A DNA stretch of 47,040 nt from an uncultured Stakelama sp. (GCA_964631905.1 CAZWAL010000001.1:1-47040); one strand, 5' to 3'; shown: positions 10,156 through 19,311, counted from the stretch's first letter. Notes: generated by a model not told the origin, from the letters alone. Made by a program: numbers and translations.

Positions 10156-11505
10156 ATGAGCCGGTTCTGGCCCCGCAGCCTCTCGAGCCAGCTCGCCGTG
10201 CTGGTGGCGATTGCACTGTTCGTGGCGCAGGCGATCAATTTTGCGATGCTCTATCAGGGGCGGCAGCAGATATTGTTGCAGCAGATTGTCGGCCCTGCGG
10301 TGACACGGATCGTCGACGCGAATGAACAGGCGCCGGGTCCAACTGAGCCTGACGATTTGCGTCGCGGGCGGGTGCGCGTGTTGGCCGAGAACCCGATTCC
10401 GCCCGGCCGCCATGCCCATCACGGCATCGAAGCGGCGCTGCGCCTTGCCCTGAACGATGTCGGCATACCGGTCCGCCGGATTGCCACGCAGGTCCGCCCG
10501 TTCAAACTCGACGAACGTCATATCGAGCGCTTCGGGCGTCGGCGGGCAGAACGCTATGCCCGGTTCGGGGCGGAGATGGTCATCGCCGTGGAACAGCCGG
10601 GGCGCGGCTGGCTGGTCATGAGTTCACCCTGGCCGCGATCGGACTGGCCGCTGCTGTGGCAGCTGATCGCGCAAACGCTGATCCTCTATGCGGTGGTGCT
10701 GATTCCGGTGTTGTGGGGCGCGCGGCGGATTTCGCAGCCGCTCCAGTCGCTCGCCAACGCGACCCGGCGCTTCAAGCCCGGCGAACCCCAATCGCCGCTC
10801 GCCGAACAGGGCCCGCAGGATGTGCGATCGGTGATCGCTGCCTTTAACGCGCTGCGGCTGCGGGTGACGGCAATGCTCGATGAGAAGGACCGGATGCTCG
10901 GCGCGATCGGGCATGATCTGCGCACGCCGCTCGCGGCCCTGCGCGTCCGCATCGAATCGGTCGAGGATGAAGATGACCGTGCGCGGATGGCCGACACGAT
11001 CGACGAGATGAACCGCACGCTCGACGACATCCTCTCGCTTGCCCGGCTCGGCCGGCCGAGCGAAGCCCGCACCGAGGTCGACCTGACGGCCTTGGTCGAC
11101 GCCGTGGTCGAGGATTTCATCGCGATCGGCAGCCCGGTCAGCTTTGTCGAGGCCGATCGGATCACCCTGCCCTTGCGCCCCTCATTGATGCGCCGCGCGA
11201 TCCGCAACCTGATCGAGAATGCCGTGAAATACGGCGTGTCGGCAGAGGTGCGCGTGGTGCCGGGCAAGGATCAGGTGGCGATTACCGTTGCCGATCAGGG
11301 CCCGGGCATTCCCGCTGACAAGTTGAAGGATGTATTCGACGCCTTCACCCGACTTGAGACATCACGCAACCGAGACACCGGCGGCGCAGGGCTCGGGCTC
11401 GCGCTGGCGCAGGCGATCGTGCGCGAGGCGGGTGGCGAGGTCACGCTCACCAACCGCCCAGGCGGCGGGCTCGACGCGACAATCACGCTGCCGCGCGGCC
11501 CTTGA
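10156..11505 (+). CDS. Sensor histidine kinase (HAMP, HisKA, HATPase)
   Basis: Two TM segments, H-box HDLRTPL, NLIENAVKY, DQGPGI, GAGLGLA. Confidence 0.95.
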   Translation: MSRFWPRSLSSQLAVLVAIALFVAQAINFAMLYQGRQQILLQQIVGPAVTRIVDANEQAPGPTEPDDLRRGRVRVLAENPIPPGRHAHHGIEAALRLALNDVGIPVRRIATQVRPFKLDERHIERFGRRRAERYARFGAEMVIAVEQPGRGWLVMSSPWPRSDWPLLWQLIAQTLILYAVVLIPVLWGARRISQPLQSLANATRRFKPGEPQSPLAEQGPQDVRSVIAAFNALRLRVTAMLDEKDRMLGAIGHDLRTPLAALRVRIESVEDEDDRARMADTIDEMNRTLDDILSLARLGRPSEARTEVDLTALVDAVVEDFIAIGSPVSFVEADRITLPLRPSLMRRAIRNLIENAVKYGVSAEVRVVPGKDQVAITVADQGPGIPADKLKDVFDAFTRLETSRNRDTGGAGLGLALAQAIVREAGGEVTLTNRPGGGLDATITLPRGP

Positions 11506-11920
11506 GCCCGAGATGGGTAAACCCGAAGCCGCGGGCATATTTCAGTCCATATCCAACCATCCGATCAAAGCCGATATGGGCGGCCCAGATCATCGCCACG
11601 GCGCTCGCTACCGGCATTTCATAGCTTAGCCCGACGACCAGACAGGCAGCAGGCGCAAGATAGCTGTGGCCGGCGTTGTAGATCGCCGCGCCGATCCGGC
11701 GCCCGATCAGATAGCCGAGCATCGACAGATCGGGCACGAGAAACAGTGCCGCGAACAACCCCCAGCCCTGGCCGGTCTGCGCAAAGGCCCAGCTTGCGCC
11801 TATCAGCATGGCCAACCCCTCGAGCCGAAGCATCACGGCCGGCCAGCCGATGACAAAGCCGCCGGGCGCGGCGATGGAGAAGGTTTTTTCGGCTGATACA
11901 TCCAGCGACATCGCGTTCAT
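11483..11920 (-). CDS. DUF4260 family membrane protein
   Basis: LRLEG, LFLVPDLSMLGY, YNAGH and AHIGFDRMVGYGLKY..GF..THLG signature; GGAG RBS before ATG 11920. Confidence 0.8.
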   Translation of the reverse strand: MNAMSLDVSAEKTFSIAAPGGFVIGWPAVMLRLEGLAMLIGASWAFAQTGQGWGLFAALFLVPDLSMLGYLIGRRIGAAIYNAGHSYLAPAACLVVGLSYEMPVASAVAMIWAAHIGFDRMVGYGLKYARGFGFTHLGLKGRAAA

Positions 11921-12023
11921 CTTGAGGCTCCGTGGTCGGGGCAATATTGCCCTGCCGCTGATATGGTCGAGCCCAACGCTGATAACTATTGTTCAAATAC
12001 GTTCATCAGCTCATACTATTTTG

Positions 12024-12914
12024 ATGAACCCTGCACCGGTCTGGGATGCTTACGCGACCTTCCTCGCCGTGATGCGGGGTGGCAGCCTGTCGGCGGCGGC
12101 GCGGACCATGCGGCTCGCCCAACCAACCGTGCGGCGGCAAATCGAAGCGCTTGAAGCGTCGCTGGGCACGGTGTTGTTCACCCGCTCCCCCGGCGGGTTA
12201 TTGCCCACCGCCGCCGCCAACCGGCTGATGCCCTATGCCGAAGCAATGGCCTCCATGGCAGAGGCAATCGTGCGTGCAGCGTCGACCGATGGGGACGCGA
12301 TCGCCGGTACGGTGCGGGTGACCTGCAGCGAAGTAATGGCCGCCGAAGTCGTGCCGGCTTTGCTCGCACCGATGCTCGCGGACCACCCCGCGCTTGCCAT
12401 CGAGCTGGTATCGAGCAACCGCAACGACGATCTGCTACGACGCGATGCCGATATCGCGATCCGCATGGTGCGTCCGACACAGGCGGCGCTGATCGCGCGG
12501 CGGATCGGCAGTGTTGCCTTGGGGCTTTATGCGCATCAGCGGTATCTGGCGCGCCGTGCCGCGCCCGCATCGCTCGCCGACCTGACCGCCGATCACGCCC
12601 TGATTGGCGAGGATAAAGGGAAGGCCATTGTCGACACCCTTCGGGCGCATGGCATTGATGCGGAAGGCCTGTACTTTCGCTTCCGCAGCGACAGCGATCT
12701 CGCCCAACTCGCCGCGGTACGGGCGGGCATCGGCATTGGCGTGTGCCAGCGCGGCATCGCCGGGGCCGAACCGCACCTTGTGCCTATCCTACCGCAGATC
12801 GCGGTTGCGCTCGACCTGTGGCTGGTGATGCACGAGGACCTCCGCAGCCAGGCAGCGGTGCGCGCGGTTTATGGTCATCTGGCGTCAGCGCTGGGCGATT
12901 ATTGTAGCACGTGA
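12024..12914 (+). CDS. LysR-family transcriptional regulator
   Basis: GSLSAAARTMRLAQPTVRRQIEALEASLGTVLFTR HTH, then DIAIR substrate-binding domain; divergent from DUF4260. Start trimmed to MNPAPVWD. Confidence 0.93.
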   Translation: MNPAPVWDAYATFLAVMRGGSLSAAARTMRLAQPTVRRQIEALEASLGTVLFTRSPGGLLPTAAANRLMPYAEAMASMAEAIVRAASTDGDAIAGTVRVTCSEVMAAEVVPALLAPMLADHPALAIELVSSNRNDDLLRRDADIAIRMVRPTQAALIARRIGSVALGLYAHQRYLARRAAPASLADLTADHALIGEDKGKAIVDTLRAHGIDAEGLYFRFRSDSDLAQLAAVRAGIGIGVCQRGIAGAEPHLVPILPQIAVALDLWLVMHEDLRSQAAVRAVYGHLASALGDYCST

Positions 12915-12925
12915 AGCTGATAAAG

Positions 12926-12978
12926 GGTGGTGCGGGCGGTCGGAATCGAACCGACACACCCGTTGGAATTGGATTATG
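12926..12978 (-). repeat. att site: displaced 3' fragment of tRNA-Leu (distal island boundary)
   Basis: 12926-12957 is identical to 46986-47017 (32 bp). The alignment continues to 46/53 identity, reaching the anticodon region. Confidence 0.92.
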
Positions 12979-13174
12979 GCTGGGAAGCGACTCGTCTACC
13001 GTATTCAAATACTAACTATATTTTTCAAAACGTCCCAGCATATGTAAGGATATGTGTCAGTCGGTACGAAATTCGGTCAGTGCAAATGTGCGTTTGGTCG
13101 TTCGACGGAATGGCTGATCGAGGGGTGACGTGACCCTCGCCTCTCATCAGGGCCATTAAGGTACCTATTGGCTC

Positions 13175-14158
13175 CTATCCCCAGAAGAACTGGCTGGTTG
13201 GATTGAGGTACCCATGCTCGATCCGGAAACCGCCCTCGCGATCCTTCTCGAACAGATACGGCCCATCCAGATCAGTAAACTCTGCCCCCTGGGCGAGCAG
13301 GGCGGCGGGCGCGATTGCGAGCGATGAGCTGAGCATGCAGCCGACCATCAGGCCAAGGCCTGCTTCCCGCGCCAGTCGCGCCATGTCGAGCGCTTCGGTC
13401 AGTCCGCCGGTCTTGTCGAGCTTCAGGTTCACATAATCGTAGCGACCGACCAGCCCGGGAATGTCGGCGGCACAGTGAGCGGCTTCGTCGGCGCAGATCG
13501 GTACCTTGTGCGCAAGGCCGTGCAGCGCCGCGCTCGATCCCGCCGGAATGGGCTGCTCGAGCAGGTCCACGCGGGCCGCAGCGAGAGCGTCCTGCAGGGC
13601 GGTCAACTGTTCGACCGACCAGCTTTCGTTGGGATCGACGATCATGCGTGGCGTTGGTGCGACGGCACGGACGGCGTCGATCCGCGCCATCGGGTCATCG
13701 CCATCAACCTTGATCTTGAGTAGCGGCACGTCGGCAAGCGCCAGCGCCTCCGCCGCCATTGCCTGTGGCGTGTCGATACCGATCGTGATGCCGGTTATTG
13801 TGGGTCCCATCGGTTCCAGCCCGGCAAGGCTTGCAACCGTAGTCTTCGCCAGCCGCGCCTCCAGATCCCACAGCGCGCAGTCGATTGCGTTGCGTGCGGC
13901 GCCTGCCGGAAGAAGATCGCGCAACGCGTGGCGGTCACCGCCGCGTTCGATCATCGCACGGCACCCGTCGATCGCCGCCATGGTCGAGGCGATGCTCTCG
14001 CCATAGCGGGGATAGGGTGTGCATTCGCCGCGCCCCTCCACGCCATCCTGTTCGATCGTGACGGTGACCACTTCCGCTTCGGACCGGCTGCCGCGCGCAA
14101 TGCGGAACGGCCGGGTCATGGCGAAGACCTCATGCGCGATGGTCAGCCGCCGCATCAT
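13175..14158 (-). CDS. dgcA: N-acetyl-D-Glu racemase DgcA / dipeptide epimerase (enolase superfamily)
   Basis: FRIARGSR, GECTPYPRYGES, ARNAIDCALWDL, KIK, DPNE, EQP, ADE, NLKLDKTGGL, DLDGP motifs; co-operonic with a dgcN-like gene. Confidence 0.85.
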   Translation of the reverse strand: MMRRLTIAHEVFAMTRPFRIARGSRSEAEVVTVTIEQDGVEGRGECTPYPRYGESIASTMAAIDGCRAMIERGGDRHALRDLLPAGAARNAIDCALWDLEARLAKTTVASLAGLEPMGPTITGITIGIDTPQAMAAEALALADVPLLKIKVDGDDPMARIDAVRAVAPTPRMIVDPNESWSVEQLTALQDALAAARVDLLEQPIPAGSSAALHGLAHKVPICADEAAHCAADIPGLVGRYDYVNLKLDKTGGLTEALDMARLAREAGLGLMVGCMLSSSLAIAPAALLAQGAEFTDLDGPYLFEKDREGGFRIEHGYLNPTSQFFWG

Positions 14159-15609
14159 CGATCGCCCTCGCCGCGCACCGCGTGATCGGCGAGGATCGAG
14201 GCCACCGCCAATGTCACGCCCTTGCCCATCGCGATGTGCAGGAATTCGTTGGGGCCATGCGCGTTGGAGTGCGGACCGAGCACCCCGGCGATGACGAACT
14301 GTGCCTGCGGAAAGCTTTCGCCGAGCATCCCCATGAACGGGATGCTGCCGCCCTGGCCGATCATCGCCGCCGGTTTACCAAAGGCGGCGAGCGATGCGCG
14401 GTCGACCGATCGGGTTAGCCACGGCACCATCGCCGGCGCATTCCAGCCAGCAGCGCCGCTCAAAGGTGCGAAGGTGACCCGCGCGCCATAGGGTGGGTCG
14501 GCCTCCAGCGCCGCCTTCATCGCCGCCGTCGCCGCGTCGGCGTCCACCGTCGGCGGCAGCCGCATCGACAGCTTCACCGCCGTCAGCGGGCGCAACACGT
14601 TGCCGCCCGATGCGATCGGGGGCAGCCCCTCTACGCCGGTTACCGCAAGCGTGGCCCGCCAGGTGCGGTTCAGCAGCTGTTGCGCCAGATCGTCGGTGAC
14701 GGGGCGCAAACCAGCGACCGTCGGAAATGCAGCGAATACCGATGTGCCCAGCGCCTTTGCTGTGGCCTGCGCCTGCGCGACACGATCGGCGGGAATGTCA
14801 GCCTTGAGCGCGGGGACCAGAATCTCGCCGGTGGTAGCGTCCTCGATCCGCGACAGCAGCTGGCGAAGGATGCGAAAACTGCTGGGCACGATCCCCGACG
14901 CCTCGCCCGAATGGACCCCCTCTTCCAGCACTTCGACGCTGAGCGCGCCTGTCGCGACGCCGCGCAGTGACGTGGTTAGCCACAATTGGTCATAGGTGGC
15001 GCAGCCCGAGTCGAGGCAGATCACCAGCGACGGCGTGCCGATCCGATCGGCCAGATGCGCGAAATAGGCAGGCAGGTCGCAGCTGGCGCTTTCCTCCGAC
15101 GCTTCGATCAGGATGACGGCGCGCGCGCGCGGCAGGTGCTGATCAGCCACCGCCAGCAGAGCGGTGATCGACGCGAACATCGCATAGCCATCGTCCGCCC
15201 CGCCGCGGCCATAAAGCTTCCCGTCGCGCAGCACCGGCGTCCAGGGGCCGAGTCCCTCAGCCCAGCCGGTCATTTCCGGCTGTTTGTCGAGATGGCCGTA
15301 AAGCAGGATAGTATCATCGACGTCACCCGGTATGTCGATCAGAATGACGGGCGTGCGCTCCGGCAGGCGGACAACGTCGAGCGTGGCCCCGGGGAACGCC
15401 GCGATCTTTGCCTCGGCCCAGGCGGCGAACTGCGCGACGGCTTCGTCCATGAAACCATGCGCCGCCCAATCGGCATCGAACAGCGGCGATTTATTGGGGA
15501 TACGGATATAGCGGACGAGTTCGTCGACGATCTCGTCGTCCCACAATCCATCGATCAGCGCCCGGGCACGGCCGGCGTCAAGCGCCCTGTTCTCGACATC
15601 GACGCTCAT
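14155..15609 (-). CDS. M20 family metallopeptidase/dipeptidase
   Basis: YGHLDKQP, GRGGADDG, EASEES, HSG, NAHGPNE metal-binding motifs. Confidence 0.92.
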   Translation of the reverse strand: MSVDVENRALDAGRARALIDGLWDDEIVDELVRYIRIPNKSPLFDADWAAHGFMDEAVAQFAAWAEAKIAAFPGATLDVVRLPERTPVILIDIPGDVDDTILLYGHLDKQPEMTGWAEGLGPWTPVLRDGKLYGRGGADDGYAMFASITALLAVADQHLPRARAVILIEASEESASCDLPAYFAHLADRIGTPSLVICLDSGCATYDQLWLTTSLRGVATGALSVEVLEEGVHSGEASGIVPSSFRILRQLLSRIEDATTGEILVPALKADIPADRVAQAQATAKALGTSVFAAFPTVAGLRPVTDDLAQQLLNRTWRATLAVTGVEGLPPIASGGNVLRPLTAVKLSMRLPPTVDADAATAAMKAALEADPPYGARVTFAPLSGAAGWNAPAMVPWLTRSVDRASLAAFGKPAAMIGQGGSIPFMGMLGESFPQAQFVIAGVLGPHSNAHGPNEFLHIAMGKGVTLAVASILADHAVRGEGDR

Positions 15610-16628
15610 GCAACCGTCTCCCGTTCAAATACCGCCAGCAGCCGGTCGACGATCGCCTCGGCGCCGAAGCGGTGCGGGTCGGTGCAGGGCAGGCCGTGGT
15701 CGGTGCCGGTCCTCTCGCATAGCGCCCTTGCCTCGTCCTCGCCAATCTTCGACGTGTTGAGCGCGATGCCGATCATCGTCACGTCGGGATTGGTGAGCGT
15801 GGCGACGCGCAGATTCTCCTCGATGCACCGGCCGACATCGGGCAGCGGATAATGGGGCAAGCCACGCAGATGCGGGCGCGACGGATCATGGCACAGTACG
15901 AGCGCATCCGGCTGCGCGCCGTGCAGAAGCCCGGTCGACACCCCCGCGAAGGAAGGGTGGAACAGCGACCCCTGCCCCTCGATCAGGTCCCACCCGCCAT
16001 CGGTGCGCGCGGGTGACAGCACTTCAATGGCACCCGCAATGAAGTCCGCGACGACTGCATCGACCGGTATTCCCTCACCCGCGACCAGAATGCCGGTTTG
16101 CCCGGTCGCCCGGAAATCGGCGGCGATGCCGCGCGCCCGCAGCGCGGCCGTCAGCGCGAGCGTCGTGAACATTTTGCCGGTGGAACAATCGGTGCCGACG
16201 GTCAGCAGCCTTTTGCCCGCGCGGCGCTTGCCGTTGCCAACGGGCAGATCGGCGGGCGGATCGCGGACGTCAAACAGTGACACACCCGCCGCCGCTGCCG
16301 CGGTGGCGAGCGTCGGCTGATCGCGCAAACGGTGGTGGAGCCCGGCGGCGACATTCATGCCGGCCGCAAGCGCCGCCTCGGCATCTGCGATCAGCGCCTC
16401 GTTCAGCCGTCCGCCCGCCGCCGCGATGCCCAGCACCAGAGTCTTCGCGCCCGCTGCTGCCGCCTCGTCGATCGTCATGCGGGGCAGGTCGAGCGTCAGG
16501 GGGCAATCGTCGTGCCGAAACTCGGCGACGCAATCCGCGCGACGGAACACCGCCAGCCCGCGCGATGTCTTGATATCGGCGGGGTCCTGCGAATGGCCGA
16601 GATAGAGCAAAAAGGGTGCTGGGATCAT
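15606..16628 (-). CDS. dgcN: D-glutamate N-acetyltransferase DgcN (DUF1611)
   Basis: PFLLYLG, LTVGTDCSTGKM, FRATGQTGIL, DAVVADFIAGA, EGQGSLFHPSFAGVSTGLLHGAQPDALVLCH. Start could be 16652. Confidence 0.88.
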   Translation of the reverse strand: MIPAPFLLYLGHSQDPADIKTSRGLAVFRRADCVAEFRHDDCPLTLDLPRMTIDEAAAAGAKTLVLGIAAAGGRLNEALIADAEAALAAGMNVAAGLHHRLRDQPTLATAAAAAGVSLFDVRDPPADLPVGNGKRRAGKRLLTVGTDCSTGKMFTTLALTAALRARGIAADFRATGQTGILVAGEGIPVDAVVADFIAGAIEVLSPARTDGGWDLIEGQGSLFHPSFAGVSTGLLHGAQPDALVLCHDPSRPHLRGLPHYPLPDVGRCIEENLRVATLTNPDVTMIGIALNTSKIGEDEARALCERTGTDHGLPCTDPHRFGAEAIVDRLLAVFERETVA

Positions 16629-16719
16629 GGCACTGCTTCCGTCGTTGAGCATCAGATTTGGTGTCGCAATCCTATGCGCAGTTCATCGACATCAGCAGCC
16701 GTTGATTGATCAGAATTAT

Positions 16720-16734
16720 ATAACCATAGGTTAT
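16720..16734. promoter_or_regulatory. LysR-type T-N11-A box ATAACC-ATA-GGTTAT upstream of dgcN
   Basis: Perfect 6-bp inverted repeat with T-N11-A geometry ~90 bp upstream of dgcN, overlapping the LysR stop codon. Confidence 0.6.
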
Positions 16735-17624
16735 GTTTGATTGATCAGTGCCGCGACAATATCGAGAAAACCGTCCATCTGGATTGTCGGCGGGCGGCTT
16801 TCCAGCCAGATCGCGAATACGTCAAATGTCATAGCGGGCTTTATCGGGGTGAAGCTGAGGCCCGGTGTGGCAATTGCTGCGGCAGTGAAATTGTCGATCA
16901 GCGCCGATCGCACGCCCGCCCGCACCAGTGCCGCCGCGATGTAAAAGGTGCGTGACGACACCGATTCGTCGAAACCGATGTCGAGCCGTGCCATTTCGCG
17001 CGCGATCATGTCGCCGATCGGCCCGCTCTGCACGACGCTCACGATCTGCTCGCCCGCCAGCTCTCCGAGCGCGATCCGGTCATCGCTTGCGCGCGCATCA
17101 GCGCCCTGTCGCAGCAGCCCCAGTTCGCCTTCGCCCAGCCAGCGCGTGGCGAGCGGAAATCCGGCGGGCGGCTCGAACGCGATCACCAGATCGGTCGATT
17201 GATCGAACAAGGCACCTGCCAGATCGCCATGATGCACGGTATCGAGGTCGAAGGCGGTCGTTGGGTGATCCTTCAGATAGCGCGCCACCGCCGCCGGGAG
17301 CAGGCCCAGCCCCAACGACGGCAGCGCCGACACCCGCAGCGTACCGCCATGCCCGCGCCGGATATTGCGCCCGGTCTGCTTGAGCGCCGCGACCCGCGCC
17401 TGGATATCGGCGACCTCGCCGAACATTGCCTTGGCGTCTTCGGTCGGGATCAGGCGACGGTGGCGGCGATCGAACAGCGGAAAACCAAGCTTGTCCTCTG
17501 CGTGGCGCAAGGTCTTGGTCACCGACGGCTGCGAAATGCCAAGCGCGCGCGCCGCCGCGCTGACCGACCCGTTGAGATAGACGGCGTGAAATATCTCGAT
17601 CTGCCGAAGGTTCATCGCCGCCAT
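16731..17624 (-). CDS. LysR-family regulator (DgcR-like position)
   Basis: MNLRQIEIFHAV..GSVSAAARALGISQPSVTK..LGFPLFDR HTH; directly upstream of dgcN. Confidence 0.93.
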   Translation of the reverse strand: MAAMNLRQIEIFHAVYLNGSVSAAARALGISQPSVTKTLRHAEDKLGFPLFDRRHRRLIPTEDAKAMFGEVADIQARVAALKQTGRNIRRGHGGTLRVSALPSLGLGLLPAAVARYLKDHPTTAFDLDTVHHGDLAGALFDQSTDLVIAFEPPAGFPLATRWLGEGELGLLRQGADARASDDRIALGELAGEQIVSVVQSGPIGDMIAREMARLDIGFDESVSSRTFYIAAALVRAGVRSALIDNFTAAAIATPGLSFTPIKPAMTFDVFAIWLESRPPTIQMDGFLDIVAALINQT

Positions 17625-17641
17625 CCGTCGCCAAAGGCACG

Positions 17642-17658
17642 TATAGCCTGATGCTATA
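17642..17658. promoter_or_regulatory. LysR-type box TATAGC-N5-GCTATA upstream of the LysR gene
   Basis: Perfect 6-bp inverted repeat; fits ATARC-N5-GYTAT like the site at 16720. Confidence 0.55.
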
Positions 17659-17696
17659 TCAGGTCGCTCGGGTCAAATGACCCAGGCAAACAGTAC

Positions 17697-19130
17697 TCAG
17701 CTTTGGTGAATCGCCTTGGTGACCATGAAGGCGTGCATGCCCTCCGGCCCGTCCTCCGAACCGTGCCCCGATTCCTTCACCCCGCCGAAGGGCGCATCGA
17801 CATGGCTCAGGCCCATGCCGTTGATGCCGATCATCCCTGCCTCGATCGCGTCGCCGAGCAGATTGGCGCGGCGGCCGTTCTCGGTAAAGCAATAGGCGGC
17901 GAGGCCAAATGGCAGGCGATTGGCCTGCTCCACCGCTTCGTCGAGCGTCGCGAATGGGCGGATCAGCGCGAGCGGGCCGAACGGCTCCTCGTTCATGGCG
18001 CGCGCCGCGATCGGCACGTCCGCCAGTACCGTGGGCTGGAAGAAGAAGCCGTCGCCGCCACGCCGCTCACCCCCCGCCGCCACGCGGGCACCCGCCGCGC
18101 GCGCATCGGCAACCAGCGCTTCGATCGCATCGGGGCGGCGCGGATTGGCGAGCGGACCCATGTTGGTGGCGGCATCCATGCCGCTGCCCACCGTCACCGC
18201 ATCGGCGCGCGCGGCAAAGGCCTCGACGAAGCGCTCGTAAATGCCTTCCTGCACATAGAAGCGCGTCGGCGACACGCAGACTTGACCGGCATTCCGGAAC
18301 TTGAAGGCGCTCACCATCGCCACGGTCTTGTCGAGATCGCAATCGTCGAACACCAGCACCGGGCTGTGCCCGCCCAGCTCCATCGTGGTGCGCTTCATGC
18401 CGTCTGCCGCCAGCTTCATCAGATGCTTGCCGACCGGGACCGAGCCAGTGAAGCTGATCTTGCGGATGACGGTCGAGGCGATCAGGTGGCGTGAGACCAT
18501 GTCGGGCACCCCGAACACCACCGAAATCACCTCAGGCGGCACACCAGCGTCGAGAAAGCAGCGCACGACCTCCAGCGCCGATCCCGGCGCCTCTTCGGGC
18601 GGCTTGACGATCATCGAGCAGCCCGCCGCCAACGCGGGGGCCAGCTTGCGCGCGGGGTTGAGGATCGGGAAGTTCCACGGGCAGAAGGCAACCGACGGAC
18701 CGACCGGCTCGCGAACGACGATCGAGCGTGCGCCCGGCGCGCGCGACAGCACCCTACCATAGTTGCGTTTCGCTTCGCCGGCGTAGAATTCGACGAGCGC
18801 AGCGGTATAGCCGACTTCGCCCTTGGCCTCGGCGAGCGGCTTGCCCTGCTCGATGGTCGCGATCGTTGCGATAAGGTCCGCCCGCTCACGCAGCAGCCGG
18901 GCCGTGCCTGCCAGCACCGCGCCGCGTTCGTCCGCCGATTTGGCCCGCCACAGCCGATAGCCCCGCGCTGCGGCATCAAGCGCGCGGTCGAGATCGTCCG
19001 CCGTCGCCAGCGGCAGCGCGCCGATCACGCCGCCGGTCGACGGATCAACCACGTCATGCGTGGCGCGGTCGCCGATGCCAATCCATTCGCCGTCTATCAC
19101 CAGAGCCAGCTGATCGGTGTAGCTTGTCAT
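17697..19130 (-). CDS. NAD-dependent aldehyde dehydrogenase, SSADH / type I alpha-ketoglutaric semialdehyde dehydrogenase-like
   Basis: PWNFP, SFTGS, MELGGH, FRNAGQVC, EEPFGP, PFGGVKESG; ANPRR and overall pattern recall KGSADH-I. Confidence 0.88.
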   Translation of the reverse strand: MTSYTDQLALVIDGEWIGIGDRATHDVVDPSTGGVIGALPLATADDLDRALDAAARGYRLWRAKSADERGAVLAGTARLLRERADLIATIATIEQGKPLAEAKGEVGYTAALVEFYAGEAKRNYGRVLSRAPGARSIVVREPVGPSVAFCPWNFPILNPARKLAPALAAGCSMIVKPPEEAPGSALEVVRCFLDAGVPPEVISVVFGVPDMVSRHLIASTVIRKISFTGSVPVGKHLMKLAADGMKRTTMELGGHSPVLVFDDCDLDKTVAMVSAFKFRNAGQVCVSPTRFYVQEGIYERFVEAFAARADAVTVGSGMDAATNMGPLANPRRPDAIEALVADARAAGARVAAGGERRGGDGFFFQPTVLADVPIAARAMNEEPFGPLALIRPFATLDEAVEQANRLPFGLAAYCFTENGRRANLLGDAIEAGMIGINGMGLSHVDAPFGGVKESGHGSEDGPEGMHAFMVTKAIHQS

Positions 19131-19311
19131 TGTCGCCTCGCTTGATCGTCAATTGACCCGTCTGTTAGCCGCGAACGTCGCGTAGCCATAGGCCGAACGG
19201 GCAAGCGCCACCGCGTTGCAACAGGATTGCGCCTGCCGTCATATGGCGGCGATGCGTTGTTGGCTATCTGATCGACCTTTGCCGGGCCGCCAGGGTTCGG
19301 CGGAGAACAGC

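Noticed and set aside
12927-13133. 68-aa ORF MVRAVGIEPTH...
   Set aside because: Translation of the antisense tRNA fragment at the att site; a typical artefact.
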